Assembly (NCBI RefSeq): GCF_006345805.1
Contig: NC_043012.1
Coordinates: 25,296,001-25,360,000 of the forward strand
Length of the DNA stretch: 64,000 bases
From: Octopus sinensis
Taxonomy: Eukaryota
Direction of reading: 5' to 3'
This document shows positions 51,754 through 64,000 of the stretch, in pieces. A model generated the notes under the pieces. That model searched no databases, was not told the origin of the DNA, and saw only the letters and a program-made list of their open reading frames with translations. Numbering within the stretch: the stretch's first letter is position 1; each line of letters starts with the position of its first letter. Both the position numbers and the translations under genes were made by a program.

Positions 51754-52042
51754 TTCTTTTTAATTGAGGTTTGAAATGGACGTAACTGCTATCTCTAGGC
51801 CGAAATGTTAATGTAAGATTGAGTGATGCCAATGTGTTTGTTTGTAATGGCAGCGATATTTTGACAAAGTTGTTTTAGCTGCGAGGTTCAGAACCTCGTT
51901 TTGAAACCACATTATTTCCTGAGCCCACCCCATTATGCAGCATAGTCAGCTAGTGCCCTCCACGATAAACCAGAGATGATCAATATGTTATGTTTTAATT
52001 TAGTACAGAAATACAGTGTGGAAACCATGTATATATATATAT
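51399..52042. repeat. Recent 308-bp tandem duplication bounded by (TA)n/poly-T
   Basis: aattgaggtttgaaatggacg starts at 51454 and 51762. Three substitutions seen across the ~270-bp unique part. Confidence 0.95.
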
Positions 52043-52259
52043 TGACTTTTATTACTTTTATTCCTACCTCAGTTAATCTAATTGCATATATCTATCGTTA
52101 CTTTTCTTAAAAAGCCTTTACATTTTTTGATTTCCAATATGCATTTTCGTTTATTTTTTTCTTCTTCCTTTCCCCTTATATTTCCACATGTAGTTTCTAT
52201 TTTCTTTTTTGTAACATATTTCTAATATATATATATATCTTAAATTCAAATTAGGATGA

Positions 52260-55200
52260 AGATAAACAGACAAACGAAGTTTGCTTTAGAATTGTTAAGT
52301 TGTCTTAGAAAGTTAAATAAGTGATTCTAAATTCTTAAACGCAGGATAATGCTAATAATAGAGCCTGAACAGGATAAGCTACCCCTATTTTGCTGAAAAT
52401 AGTGTTGGCGGCCGGCTCAGCCGCTCAACCTCTCTAAATACATAGACACTTTCTTTCTCTATTTCTTCTCTACCCTCCATCACACTGTTAAAATTTTTAA
52501 ATATAGATAGATAAATAAAATATCCCAAAAAATGTCCAGAACCTGGAGGAGCATGGTACTGTCCTGAAGGAGATGACCCAAACAACATAATTACAGCTGC
52601 GCTGAAGAGTATTGGTTACATCAGAACTTTAGCACAGATAGAGCGAAAGAAGCAGGAGTTTATATGCTCCTATGCTCTCATAAGATCCTATATCAGCACT
52701 CTTGATACCATCTTTAACAATGAACAAAGCAAAGATGACAAGGATGGAGGCAGATGAAAGATGTCACCCCCACTTGGTAGACACTCAGATAACAAAGAAA
52801 ATTCAAGTGAGAAACCTGCCCGGGAAGTAAACCCAAGTGCAAGTGACCCTACCAGTATCAAAAGGCAAAACCATGGAGATGAAAGAGCCAAGGAAGAAGT
52901 AAAAGAAGGGAAAACTAAAAGAAAAACAAAAGATGAAACACCCAAGGAAAGAAGCAAACCTGACTAGCCATATAACAAAAAGGATAGAAAGAGACAGCAC
53001 ACACGAATGTGCAAATTCTACCTGAAAGGTGTCTGCTGGTATGGGGAGGAAGTTGCAGGCTGCCGTTTTGCACACCAAAGACCCCGCCACATAGACATGA
53101 AACAGGGCGGAAACCACCTGCCAGAAGGAAAAGGAAAGGACTACGCACCACCTGCCCCAAAATGGAGGTACGCAGATGTAGTGTGTGTTACAAACCAAAC
53201 CCATCAACATGTTATTGAAAGGGCAGCTGCTGAACAAGAATCTTTTTTGTGCATGGCACAACAGATTGTACAACAACTGACCTGGCTCCATCAATCTCAC
53301 AGATGGGACTATCACAATACACAAGACCACCACAGCAAATAGACCCAAGGTGGACACCACTGGCAACAACACACGTATCACACCGATGCTCTTACTGAAC
53401 ATTAGAGGACTGCTAATACTCAGTAACAGGACAGAAATCCCTTTCTTGAGAGGCCTTGTTGCATGCAATCTAACCTTATGCATAGCTCTTACGGAAACAC
53501 ACCTGAAACCAGATATAGCAAATGCGGAAATACACATACAACAGTATGTTGTATTACGGATCGACAGAAAAGAAAGGAGTCATGGTGGAGTTGCTATGTA
53601 CATCCGCGAGGACCTCACACCCCAGGTCCTTTTGTCATACTCAAATTCGATGTGTGACACACTAATTGTACATGTAGTTATATGTGCTACATATCGCCCT
53701 CCAGATGCTCCAAGTCATGTGGGCAAGTTTGAATACCGCCTTACAAAAATAGAAGTTCTAGTCACATTAGAACAACACATAAGTGTACTTCTTATGGGAG
53801 ACTTCAATCTGCCCAATGTCAGATGGCCCGAGGGCCTTTCTCTCCCAGGAATGGCACGATGAGAACGAGGACAGATGAGATCCCTCCTGAACCTCATCAA
53901 TACCCTGTATATGGAGCAAATAGTACTCCAACCAACCAGGGCAGGTAACATACTGGATCTCTGCTTCACAAATAATATGGATCTCATCCATAATCTGAAA
54001 GTGACACCGACGCTACTCTCGGATCACAACATGTAGAGCTGACCATGTACGCGCCAAAGGAAAGCAGGGACATGCAGCCTACAAGAAACTCTCAGAATCT
54101 TTCCAGATTGAACATCCATAAGGCAAACTGGAAACAAATTGAGAAAGAGATCCTCAAACAAAACTGGCCTAAATGTCTCTCCTCACCAGACATCGACATG
54201 AAACTTCAACAATTCATGTCTGTATTGCAAGCCATATGCTAGAAATGTGTCCCAGAGAGAAAGGCCACTGTACACAAGAACAAAATCCCCAGGAAGAGGA
54301 AAATTCTTATTAGACGGCGTAGAAAGTTTCAAATCGCCTAAACAAACAAATTGAAAGCAGTAAAAAGTCCCGTCTGAAAATAAAACTGCTGGAAATGTCT
54401 GCAACTCTCCCATGAAAAAGAAAGAGCAGATGAAGAAGACTAATCGCCTTCCTTGAAGAAAATGACTTGCTGCCTGACACCCAACATGGTTTCCAACCAG
54501 GAAGAAGCTGCCTAACTCAGCTCCTACAACACTATGATTGGGTGCTGAAACAACTGCTCAATCACTCAAATATGGAAATGATATATCTCGAATTTGCAAA
54601 GGCCTTTGATAAAGTCGATCATGGAATGGTATGTCAGAAACTGCGTGATCTTGACATAGTTGGAAAATTGCGAGAATGACTTCATGACTTTCTGAAGGAT
54701 AGAATTAAATTCGTAGTAGCCATGGGGCCGCCTCCAATAACAAGCAAATAATGAGCGGTGTTCCGCAAGGCACTGTTTTGAGACCACTGCTGTTCATAAA
54801 GGCCCTCTCAGACATGCCCTCAGCCACGCAGAGAGCCACGATCACCAGTTATGCAAATGATACAAAAGTTTCACAGGTAATACAGAACCCTGAAGTCACT
54901 AATTCACCTGCAATGTGAGCTGGACAAAATATACAAGTGGGCTAAAAAGAACAGCATGCAGTTCAATGCTGAAAAGTATCAAGCTTTATGCTATCAGCAT
55001 GCAAAACTAAATGCTATACCCGATAAATACACTGGACCTGGAGGGATTGCAATCCCAGAGGCACAATCAGTGCGAGACCTGGGTATTTACATGAGTAATG
55101 ATGCAACCTTTCATGTGCATGTTGCTAAATTGGCAGTGAAATATAGGCGGTTGACCGGATGGATTCTTAGAGCTTTTAGAACAAGAGACCAGGAAACCAT

Positions 55201-55812
55201 AATCGTCCTCTGGAGGACACTTGTCCTAAGCCACTTCGACTATTGCTCTCAGCTATGGTCACCAACCAGTGTCATATTAATCTCAGAACTTGAGGCAATC
55301 TAGCGAAACTACACGAAGAAGATAGCCTATGTTCAGCATATAAGCTTTTGGGAAAGACTCAAGAGATTAAGACTCTATTCCTTAGAGCATAGGCGAGAAA
55401 GATATGCCATAATATACATCTGGAAGATCCTAGAAGGACTTGTCCCAAACTTTGGCATCGAGAGTTACACAAATACTAGAACTGGGCCCCACTGCATAGT
55501 GCCAAGGACTCCAAATTTGCCATCAAGATGTAGGACAAGATACTGCGATAGCCTGGGCTTCAGAGGTCCACAGCTCTGAGAGACCTGCATGGAGTGGATG
55601 CAGATGTCTTTAAAATAAAGCTAGACCTCTTCCTGTCAGGTGTCCCAGATGAACCAACTTCACGGCAGGAGGTGCAGATGAGGGCAGCTGCATCAAATGT
55701 CAATTGCTAAAAGCATTCGTGAAGTAAAATCATGTAGCAATACCAAATGGCGGTGCCCCAGCATGGCCACAGCTCGTAAGCTGAAACTATATGAAATGAA
55801 AAAAAAAAGAAA
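52260..55812 (+). mobile_element. Decayed near-full-length CR1-group LINE (ORF1 with CCCH finger, APE endonuclease, RT), internally deleted
   Basis: ORF1 remnant contains CKFYLKGVCWYGEEVAGCRFAH (53010-53075). APE motifs: LLNIRG, LTETHL, GGVAMYI, YRPP, MGDFNLP, LSDHN. RT motifs: QHGFQPGRSCLTQLL, EFAKAFDKVDH, SGVPQGTVL, SYANDTK, MQFNAEK, RDLGIYM, DYCSQLWSP. Multiple stops and frameshifts. Ends in a stem-loop tail and A-run near 55800. The 5' limit is approximate. Confidence 0.9.
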
Positions 55813-56783
55813 TATATACATATAAGTATGTATGTATGTATTTATGTGTGTGTGTGTGTGTGTGTGTGTATTCACACGAGTGTGCGTGTTTGTGTTCTTC
55901 CGCCACAACATCTTGACAACCATGGATAATTTTTTTAGATACCTTTAAACAACACAGTTCCTTTGAAAGTATGGATAAAATACGTATTCTCAAAAAGGTA
56001 CGTAACGGGGTCGATTTAATCAAATAAACATTAGAAGACGGTGCTCCAGATTGGCCGTAATCCAACACCGGAAAGAAATAGAAAATTAAGAGGTGCTGTA
56101 ATTATTCCATTGTGTCCTGTATCGATATTGTTTCGCCCCATGTTAGCCCTGATCTAATAATTACATGACCCAAGATTTCCAGAGGTTCATGTGTTTTAAA
56201 GCAAGAAAAAATACATTTTCCAATGTATTCCTCCATTTATTCAAACGACATTTGAGTTTGAGGGAGATTTCATTATTATGTCTAGTAAAATAAGCTACTA
56301 CTCAAAGGCGCCTCATTTGTTTATTTGACTCCTATTGATACATTTAATGCTAAAGATTTTAACTTTGGTCTTTCTTTAATGCTCCACCTTGATTGCGGAT
56401 CAACTGCAGAACTATCTTTCCATACCATGTTATGCTCTCTATATTTGTACCACAAACGTTTATAAATTCTTGACATTTGATTTTATAATCTGATCAAATC
56501 TCTTTGCGAATAATCTTCTTTTCTCGTTACGTAAAGGGCATCAGACATTGACGTCGACGTTGCTCCTTTCACCATTGTTTGAGTTAGCGACTATTTAAAC
56601 ATTGGCAGTTTCACAGTAGCGCATTAAGCAGCAACATATATACAAAAAGGGCATTAAAAACAAATACAGTGTCGCCTTTGCGATTATTAATTCTTCTGAG
56701 GTCGACGGGTTCAAAACTTAGCTGCTGCTGCTGCTGCTGCTACTCCTACTACTTGTATTATTATTATTATTTTTATTATTATT

Positions 56784-56827
<44 letters not shown>

Positions 56828-57093
56828 TATTATTATTATTATTAGTAGTAGTAGTATTAATACTGGTGGTGCTGCCGTCGCTGCTGGTACGACAGCGGTT
56901 ACTGCTGCTACACTGTATACGCAGGCGCAGACAAGCATGACCATAAAGACACGCACTCACACGAACAAGGGCACATGCATTGGTAGATATACACTTAGGA
57001 CTGTAACGTATGTCTGTCTGTCTACCTATCTAACTAACTATCTATCTATTTATCTGGCTGTCTATCTATCTATCTATCTATCTGTCTATCTAT

Positions 57094-57133
<40 letters not shown>

Positions 57134-57144
57134 ATCTATCTATC

Positions 57145-57181
<37 letters not shown>

Positions 57182-57207
57182 TATATGTATATATATATAT
57201 ATATATA

Positions 57208-57244
<37 letters not shown>

Positions 57245-57320
57245 TATATATATATATGCACATATACACATGATGTAATGTATATGTATATACATATATA
57301 CTTGCATACATATATACATA

Positions 57321-57368
<48 letters not shown>

Positions 57369-57809
57369 CGTATGTATGTGTATGTGTGTGCGTCTGTATA
57401 AATGTATATATGTATGCATGGAACGCTGATCAATATCCATACTTCAATGGCAACATTATACCAGCGGAATGTTCTAAGTCCCAGCATTCTCTGACAAATC
57501 GTTGCGGCTTCATAGCACCAATAACTACGGGCATGCAGTAGACTCCCTGATACACATGCATGCATGCAGATATATATATACGTCTTCGTGTATGAGTATA
57601 CATACATACATACAAAATATATATATATATAAATACATATATATATATACATATATATATATACATATATATATATATATTATATATATATTATATATAT
57701 TTATGATATAGTTATATATATATATTATATTACATACGTATATATATTTACTTCCTTGTCAGTAAAATATATACGTGTACAATCATATCTATCTATCTAT
57801 CTATCTATC

Positions 57810-57843
<34 letters not shown>

Positions 57844-58252
57844 ATATATATCCATACATATATGCATATAATTGTACATCGTTATGAATATTTTAATTAT
57901 TTTTTTATAGATTGTGCGAAAATTTTCATAATTCAGTGGAAAATATGTATATTGCATTGTAATCATAGGCGGGATACGAATTACACTTGAGATTCAAGCA
58001 ATTTTATTTTTATGATGCTTCCATGTTTGCCATATGTACGATGTGTGAGGAAGTATGATGTATCTCGCCACCCAAACCCATTAACAGCAAAATATGAATC
58101 AATCGTTATCAAATTTCTGTTTGCTTCTTCCATTTTTAATTTGACAATTTCTAGATATCTTCAGCATAATAAATAGATACATATGAGATATATGTGCGAG
58201 CAAAACCTACATACACAAACATGTGTATATATTTAAATAATCATGATGTGAT

Positions 58253-58642
58253 GCTTACGGACCACATGGTTCCGGGTTCAGTCCCACTGCGTGGCATCTT
58301 GCGCTAGTGTTTTCTACTATTGCCTCGGGCCGACCAAAGCTTTGTAAGTGGATTTGGTAGACGGAAACTGAAAGAAGCCCGTCGTATATATGTATATGTA
58401 TATATGTGTGTGTATATGTTTGTGTATCTGTGTTTTGTGTGTTGTTGTCCCCACAACATCGCATGACAACCAATATTGGTGTGTTTACGTCCCCGTAACT
58501 TAGCGGTTTGGCAAAAGAGACCGATAGAATAAGTACTAGGCTTACAAAGAGTAAGCCCTGGAGTCGATTTGCTCGACTAAAGGTGGTGCTCCAGCATGAC
58601 CACAGTCAATTGACTGAAACAATTAAAAGAGTAAAAGAGTAA
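58253..58642 (+). mobile_element. SINE family A
   Basis: ccacatggttccgggttcagtcccactgcgtggc...ggtggtgctccagcatgaccacagtcaattgactgaaac, plus A-rich tail. Confidence 0.85.
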
Positions 58643-58837
58643 CAATATAAAATTCAGTACCCAAAAAACCCCTCGGAACGTAATTCCCGTTATCTAAATA
58701 TTGCATTAACCATCGGTGCTTAACCACAGATGATGGTTAATCATAACTAGTAACTTCAGATAAAAGATCGCTTGAAACACTGACATTGAATGGCATATTT
58801 TCATGGATGCAATAGTTAATCAAATATGTCCTAATGT

Positions 58838-58869
<32 letters not shown>

Positions 58870-58954
58870 ATTTATGTATATATGTATGAATGTATATATA
58901 TATATATGTATATATATATAAGCACACACACACATAGTAAATTTTTTGTCAAAG

Positions 58955-59281
58955 AAATCGGCCTCAGGACTTATTCCTGATACGCGTAGTACTTAGTCTA
59001 TCGGCCATCTTTGCCGAACCGCTAAGTCATGGCGACGTAAATACACCAGCATCGGTTGTCAAGCAATATCTGGAGGTGGGGAACACAGACACACAAACGT
59101 ATATACACGCAAATACATATATACGACGGGCTTGTTCCAGTTTCCCTCTACCAAATCTACTCACAGGGCTTTGGTCGGCACAAGGCTATAGTAGAAGACA
59201 ATTGCCCGAGGTGCCATGTAGTGGGACTGAGCCCGGAACCATGTGATTGGGAAGCAAGCTTCTTACCACGCAGTCACGCCT
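58955..59281 (-). mobile_element. SINE family A, inverted relative to the 58253 copy
   Basis: gccgaaccgctaagtcatggcgacgtaaatacaccagcatcggttgtcaagc...gtgggactgagcccggaaccatgtg...accacgcagtcacgcct. Confidence 0.85.
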
Positions 59282-59425
59282 ATTAGTTGTATTGTAACCG
59301 GAAAGAGAGTTCGTTGCTTTGGGCTTCGCTTTTTCATGTATCACCAACGCTGGATAAACATTTCTCAATGCAGTTCCTGTGTGTGTTTGCGTTTTTATAC
59401 ATACATACATACATACATACATACA

Positions 59426-59456
<31 letters not shown>

Positions 59457-59975
59457 GTATATTTATATATATATATGTGTGTGTGTGTGTGTGCATGTGT
59501 GTATGTATGCATGTATGCATGTATACATGCATACCCACGTACATTGACACATACATAATTTTGTGTTTATATGTGTCTAAACACACTGGTTCCTATGCAT
59601 ATATGAATATTTACAATTATTAACGTATTTGTATTTCTCACACTCTCATATCCTAACGTGCTCATGTCGGTTTTTGTGTGTGTGTGAATGTATGCGTGTT
59701 TGTATGTGTGATCGTTTGGCTTCCACGAATACGTTCTTTTTTAAGTAACCACCATTCTTACGATGACATGATGCCATCTTAATTATTTCTATTATATGAT
59801 ATTTTAAATTTTATTTTGTTTCAAATTAATTGAAAATTTTGAATATTAAATCAATGTAAATGTAGGGTTTTATTTGTGCATTTACTCCGCCATACAAACA
59901 AACTTACACACATGCATATATATATACACGACGCAGATACATTATGCTTCACATACATAAATATTTGTGTATCTG

Positions 59976-60015
<40 letters not shown>

Positions 60016-62433
60016 TGTGTGTGGGTGTGTGTGCGTGTGTGTGTTTATATATGTATATATATGTGGTAGCTGTATAAATATATATATATATATATACAAG
60101 TGTAAATATCTGCATATATATATATATATACATATCCACATACACATATGCATACATATGTAAACTATCATATGTACACGTGAGAGCGCAAACACACATA
60201 AGTGTGTGTAGAAATTTAGAAACTTATATATACTACTATATATACTTAGATATGTATGTATATGTATATTATTTATATGTGTGAGTTTGTGTGTGAGTTT
60301 GTGTGTGACTGTGTGTGTTTGTGTGTGTGTTATGTATCTGTATCTGTGCACGTGTTTATACTCAAAGATATGTATATACATTTAGACATGTATATTTATG
60401 AATGTGTGCTTGTGTATAGTAAAGGTTAGCATTCTCAACTTGCTCGTGGGATATGCTAATAGCATTGGCTATTAGTTTTATAGTTAATCCCCACTCATCC
60501 ATTACCATGTAGTGAATATGATCAATGTTTACCTCGGTGGTAGTAATTGGAGGATGTCCAGAACGGGGGTCATGTTTAACACTCTACATTCCCCTCCTAA
60601 ATTCAGCTGCTCCCATTAGCTCTATTGATAAAGCAGGAGTGTCATTCCTAATGTGGGGGAAATGTAAGTATGAGTGTCCTGGGTGTTTAAACCTTTTTAC
60701 TATAGGTACATAATAACCCCTTAAATGACAAATTTTGTCCATTTTTACGCGATCTCGCTGTTGAAATATTTTCTCTGATATGTCAGTTTACCTGGAAGAA
60801 AACGATGCAGTTATTAATACGTAGGGTTGACATGAATGCGTGTGAGATTTCCAATCTCAGTTACCACTCGTTGATAGTCAGCCTATGAAATTTCAAGCCC
60901 ACTCTCGTATATTAACCCATACCTTCTTTCCGGAGACAGCAACGTAACATGTCTGAATCTATTTGACATGAGTTTTAAATCAGAAAAATATGTTATTAAA
61001 TAATAATTAGCTAAAATACATAGACTCCTGAATATATTATTTTAGTAAACTACAAATGTATAACCAATTTATGAATAACATGTATAGTTACTCATATTTT
61101 TGTATGGAACTTATTAGGAACTAAAATTATGTTTTTATGTAATTATATCTGAGACACACCAGATAACAATAGACAGCTTGAGCCCTACTGCGGGGTATGA
61201 TTAAGTAGAGGTTTACTTGTATTATCTTATATATCGAGAAACAAACACAAGGCTCTATCGTCTTGCTTGTCACTCGTAGAGTGATAAATTATGCCCTTGG
61301 TGTATCGTATAAATGGTCGGATTTCAGCAATTCACATCATTAAATCCTAGATATTTTTGTTTTGTTATTTTTTCATCTGACACCTTTCTAAATTGACGCA
61401 TATCAACTATGACATGCGTTAATGGCATACTTAGTTTGTGCAGCCTTTGTCTGTTATCGCTATGGAATCGGTAAAGAAATTGCCAGAATTCTGCTGAGTT
61501 CGAAAAATCTGATATCTCTTTAAAAATTAACCCTTGTCAAAGGATATTTCTGAGGAGGAAAAATGAAGAGTAATTTTAAGTTCCTATTAGGCACAAAATA
61601 TTATCCCATTTGACACAACTCCGTGCTTCTTGGACACATTTAATATGACATATCCAGGTACAAGCATTGCTTCTATCTGATGATAGCTTCTATCTTCATT
61701 CCCGAGTCACTCAAAGATAATGAACACGGCTATTGGTGCAGTGTTTTCACATATGATTACTCAAAAAAAATATTAAAATTTACGAATTTAATTTATATGA
61801 TTTGTCCCAAAATCCTTGTAAAAGATGACAATGTTAATAATATTCACCAGAAATATTATTTGTATTCAGTTCTTACAAGTGCAAATTTTTGAACGAAACT
61901 GTAAACCTCGGCTGCATGTTAGCACAAACTCCAAACACTGAACGAGGAAATTCAATACTGTTATACGATAAATCTGTCATTTGAAATCTATTTGTCTGTC
62001 TGCCATATTAGGGCCCTCTGGCTATTAACATTTTAAAAGAATATTCGCCGAATTGTCTAAGAAAAGGCAGAGTTGGTTTTAAAAAGTCGAAGATATGGAT
62101 ATATTTAATTGTTTCGTTGTCTTGGTTAAAAGAAATGTGTGAAACTTGAAAAATAAACCTCGTTAGGAGAATAGAATTGCCTCAAACATTAACAGCTGTA
62201 CAAGACGTCTGTGCTGCCCCCTATGTCCAGTTTTCGAAGAGATGCTGTCACTTTAGTAACATTCACACACGCAGTGCTAGCTAAAACATTGAAGAACCAG
62301 AAAATTAATTTGGACTCTTAAAAGAGAATATATATCAAAGAATATTAAAAAAGGAAGAAAAAATATAAATAAAAAGTGAAAAGAAATATTCCATTGTATA
62401 TATGTATGTCTGTGTTTCGACATACATAATACT

Positions 62434-62482
<49 letters not shown>

Positions 62483-62486
62483 TATA

Positions 62487-62536
<50 letters not shown>

Positions 62537-62649
62537 CATGTATATATATATATACATACATATATATATATGTATATATGTATATATATACACATATACA
62601 TATATATAATATATATATATATATATTTATATACATACATACATATATA

Positions 62650-62708
<59 letters not shown>

Positions 62709-63048
62709 TGTATGTATGTATGTATGTATGTATGTATGTATGTATGTACATTCATTGTTGTTTTTGATTAATTCTATTAAGATTTTGATATTTTTATTAT
62801 TAACATCTGCACCAGGAGCGTCAATACCGACGCCGCCATCAGTATCATGAGCACCATCATCAGGATGATTAGCATCACCATCGTGATCGATTACTTCTTC
62901 CTACTTTTCATCGTCTTCCTCATCACGGTATCAAATTTAAGTTTCATTAACTAAAATCGAAGACATTGCTGGGCATAAGGCTAATTGATTTTCATTATAC
63001 GATAGGATAAATTAATACAATTGTAAACAATATACAATAATAATGATG

Positions 63049-63142
<94 letters not shown>

Positions 63143-63286
63143 GTAATATCATTATTGCTATTTTATAAATAAAATGATCACATAATAATAATTAACAACA
63201 TAATAATATTGCTAAAAATGATGATAATGATAAGGATGATGATGATAATAATAATACTAATGATAATAATGATGATGATGCTGAGG

Positions 63287-63322
<36 letters not shown>

Positions 63323-63324
<2 letters not shown>

Positions 63325-64000
63325 GTTCATGGATTTACCAAAGAAATAGATATGAAATTTGGATTAGAAAAATGCGCCAAAGTAACCCTGAAAAGAGGAA
63401 AACTATTTAAGTGTAGCAACATCACACTAGATAAAACCAATGAAATAAAAGATTTAGACCAAAGCCAAACTTACAAATACTTAGGAATCCATGAACTAGA
63501 TAAGACACAACACACAAAAATGAAAGAGAAAATAAAAAAAGAATATAATAGACGAGTTAGATCAATACTAAAAACAGAGCTCAATGCTAAAAACAATATA
63601 ATAGGTATTAACACTTTAGCTGTCCCAGTTATAAGTTACAGCTACAATATCCTTAACTGGACACTAAATGAACTTACCAAAATAGATAGGAAAACAAGAA
63701 AAATAATGACAGGATCTAGGATGCATCACCCAAAATCTAACATAGAAAGACTATATATACAACGTATAGAAGGCGGTAGAGGCCTTATTTAGCTGGAAAA
63801 CTACTATAAAATAACCACCATAGGACTGCAAAAATATCTACTTCAGAAGGAAGGAAAACTGATACAAATAGCGGCAAAACACGAGCAGAACAAAAAACTG
63901 TTCTCAGTATTTAAGGAAGCTGACAAATACAAACAAGAAATCATACCACCTAATAAATATGAAGATGAAGAAGAAGAAGATGATGAAACAACAAAAGCTA
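63323..64000 (+). mobile_element. R4/Dong-clade RT fragment, 5'-truncated at (AAT)n, runs off the window end
   Basis: VHGFTKEIDMKFGLEKCAK...YKYLGI...ELNAKNNIIGINTLAVPVISYS...IDRKTRKIMT..RMHHPKSNIERLYIQRIEGGRGLI, then one TAG (63790-63792); the frame stays open to 64000. Confidence 0.9.

Noticed and set aside
56711-56956. Signal-peptide-like [23 protein letters not shown]...
   Set aside because: It continues into (ATT)/(GAT)/(GCT) microsatellite translations.
60608-60672. Candidate exon with cag acceptor and strong gtaagt donor (APISSIDKAGVSFLMWGK)
   Set aside because: No recognisable homology and no partner exons found.

Overview
AT-rich, repeat-saturated eukaryotic DNA. The SINE, LINE and microsatellite make-up looks like a coleoid cephalopod (Octopus-like); this is pattern recognition and was not database-checked. 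Most ORFs in the supplied track are microsatellite artefacts. The only host coding sequence I can support is the terminal exon (34965-35293, +) of a synaptotagmin-family gene, encoding the second half of C2B; I could not find its upstream exons. The rest is mobile DNA: four tRNA-headed SINE families (my labels A-D), a decayed near-full-length CR1-group LINE plus a 3' fragment, an RTE 3' remnant, several R4/Dong-clade fragments beside (AAT)n-type repeats, a mariner end, and many Penelope-like (PLE) terminal-repeat remnants. Three themes are not explained by the ORF track. (1) Hammerhead-ribozyme folds lie in the PLE remnants, with different palindromic stem III sequences, a U3-A8 covariant core, and head-to-head fold-backs in (TA)n. 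(2) One SINE head carries three different tails, and two SINE families have matching LINE 3' ends within this window. (3) A SINE carries an internal ~184-bp unit that varies in copy number and was mobilised as a multimer. All RNA folds were read by eye and none has been tested.
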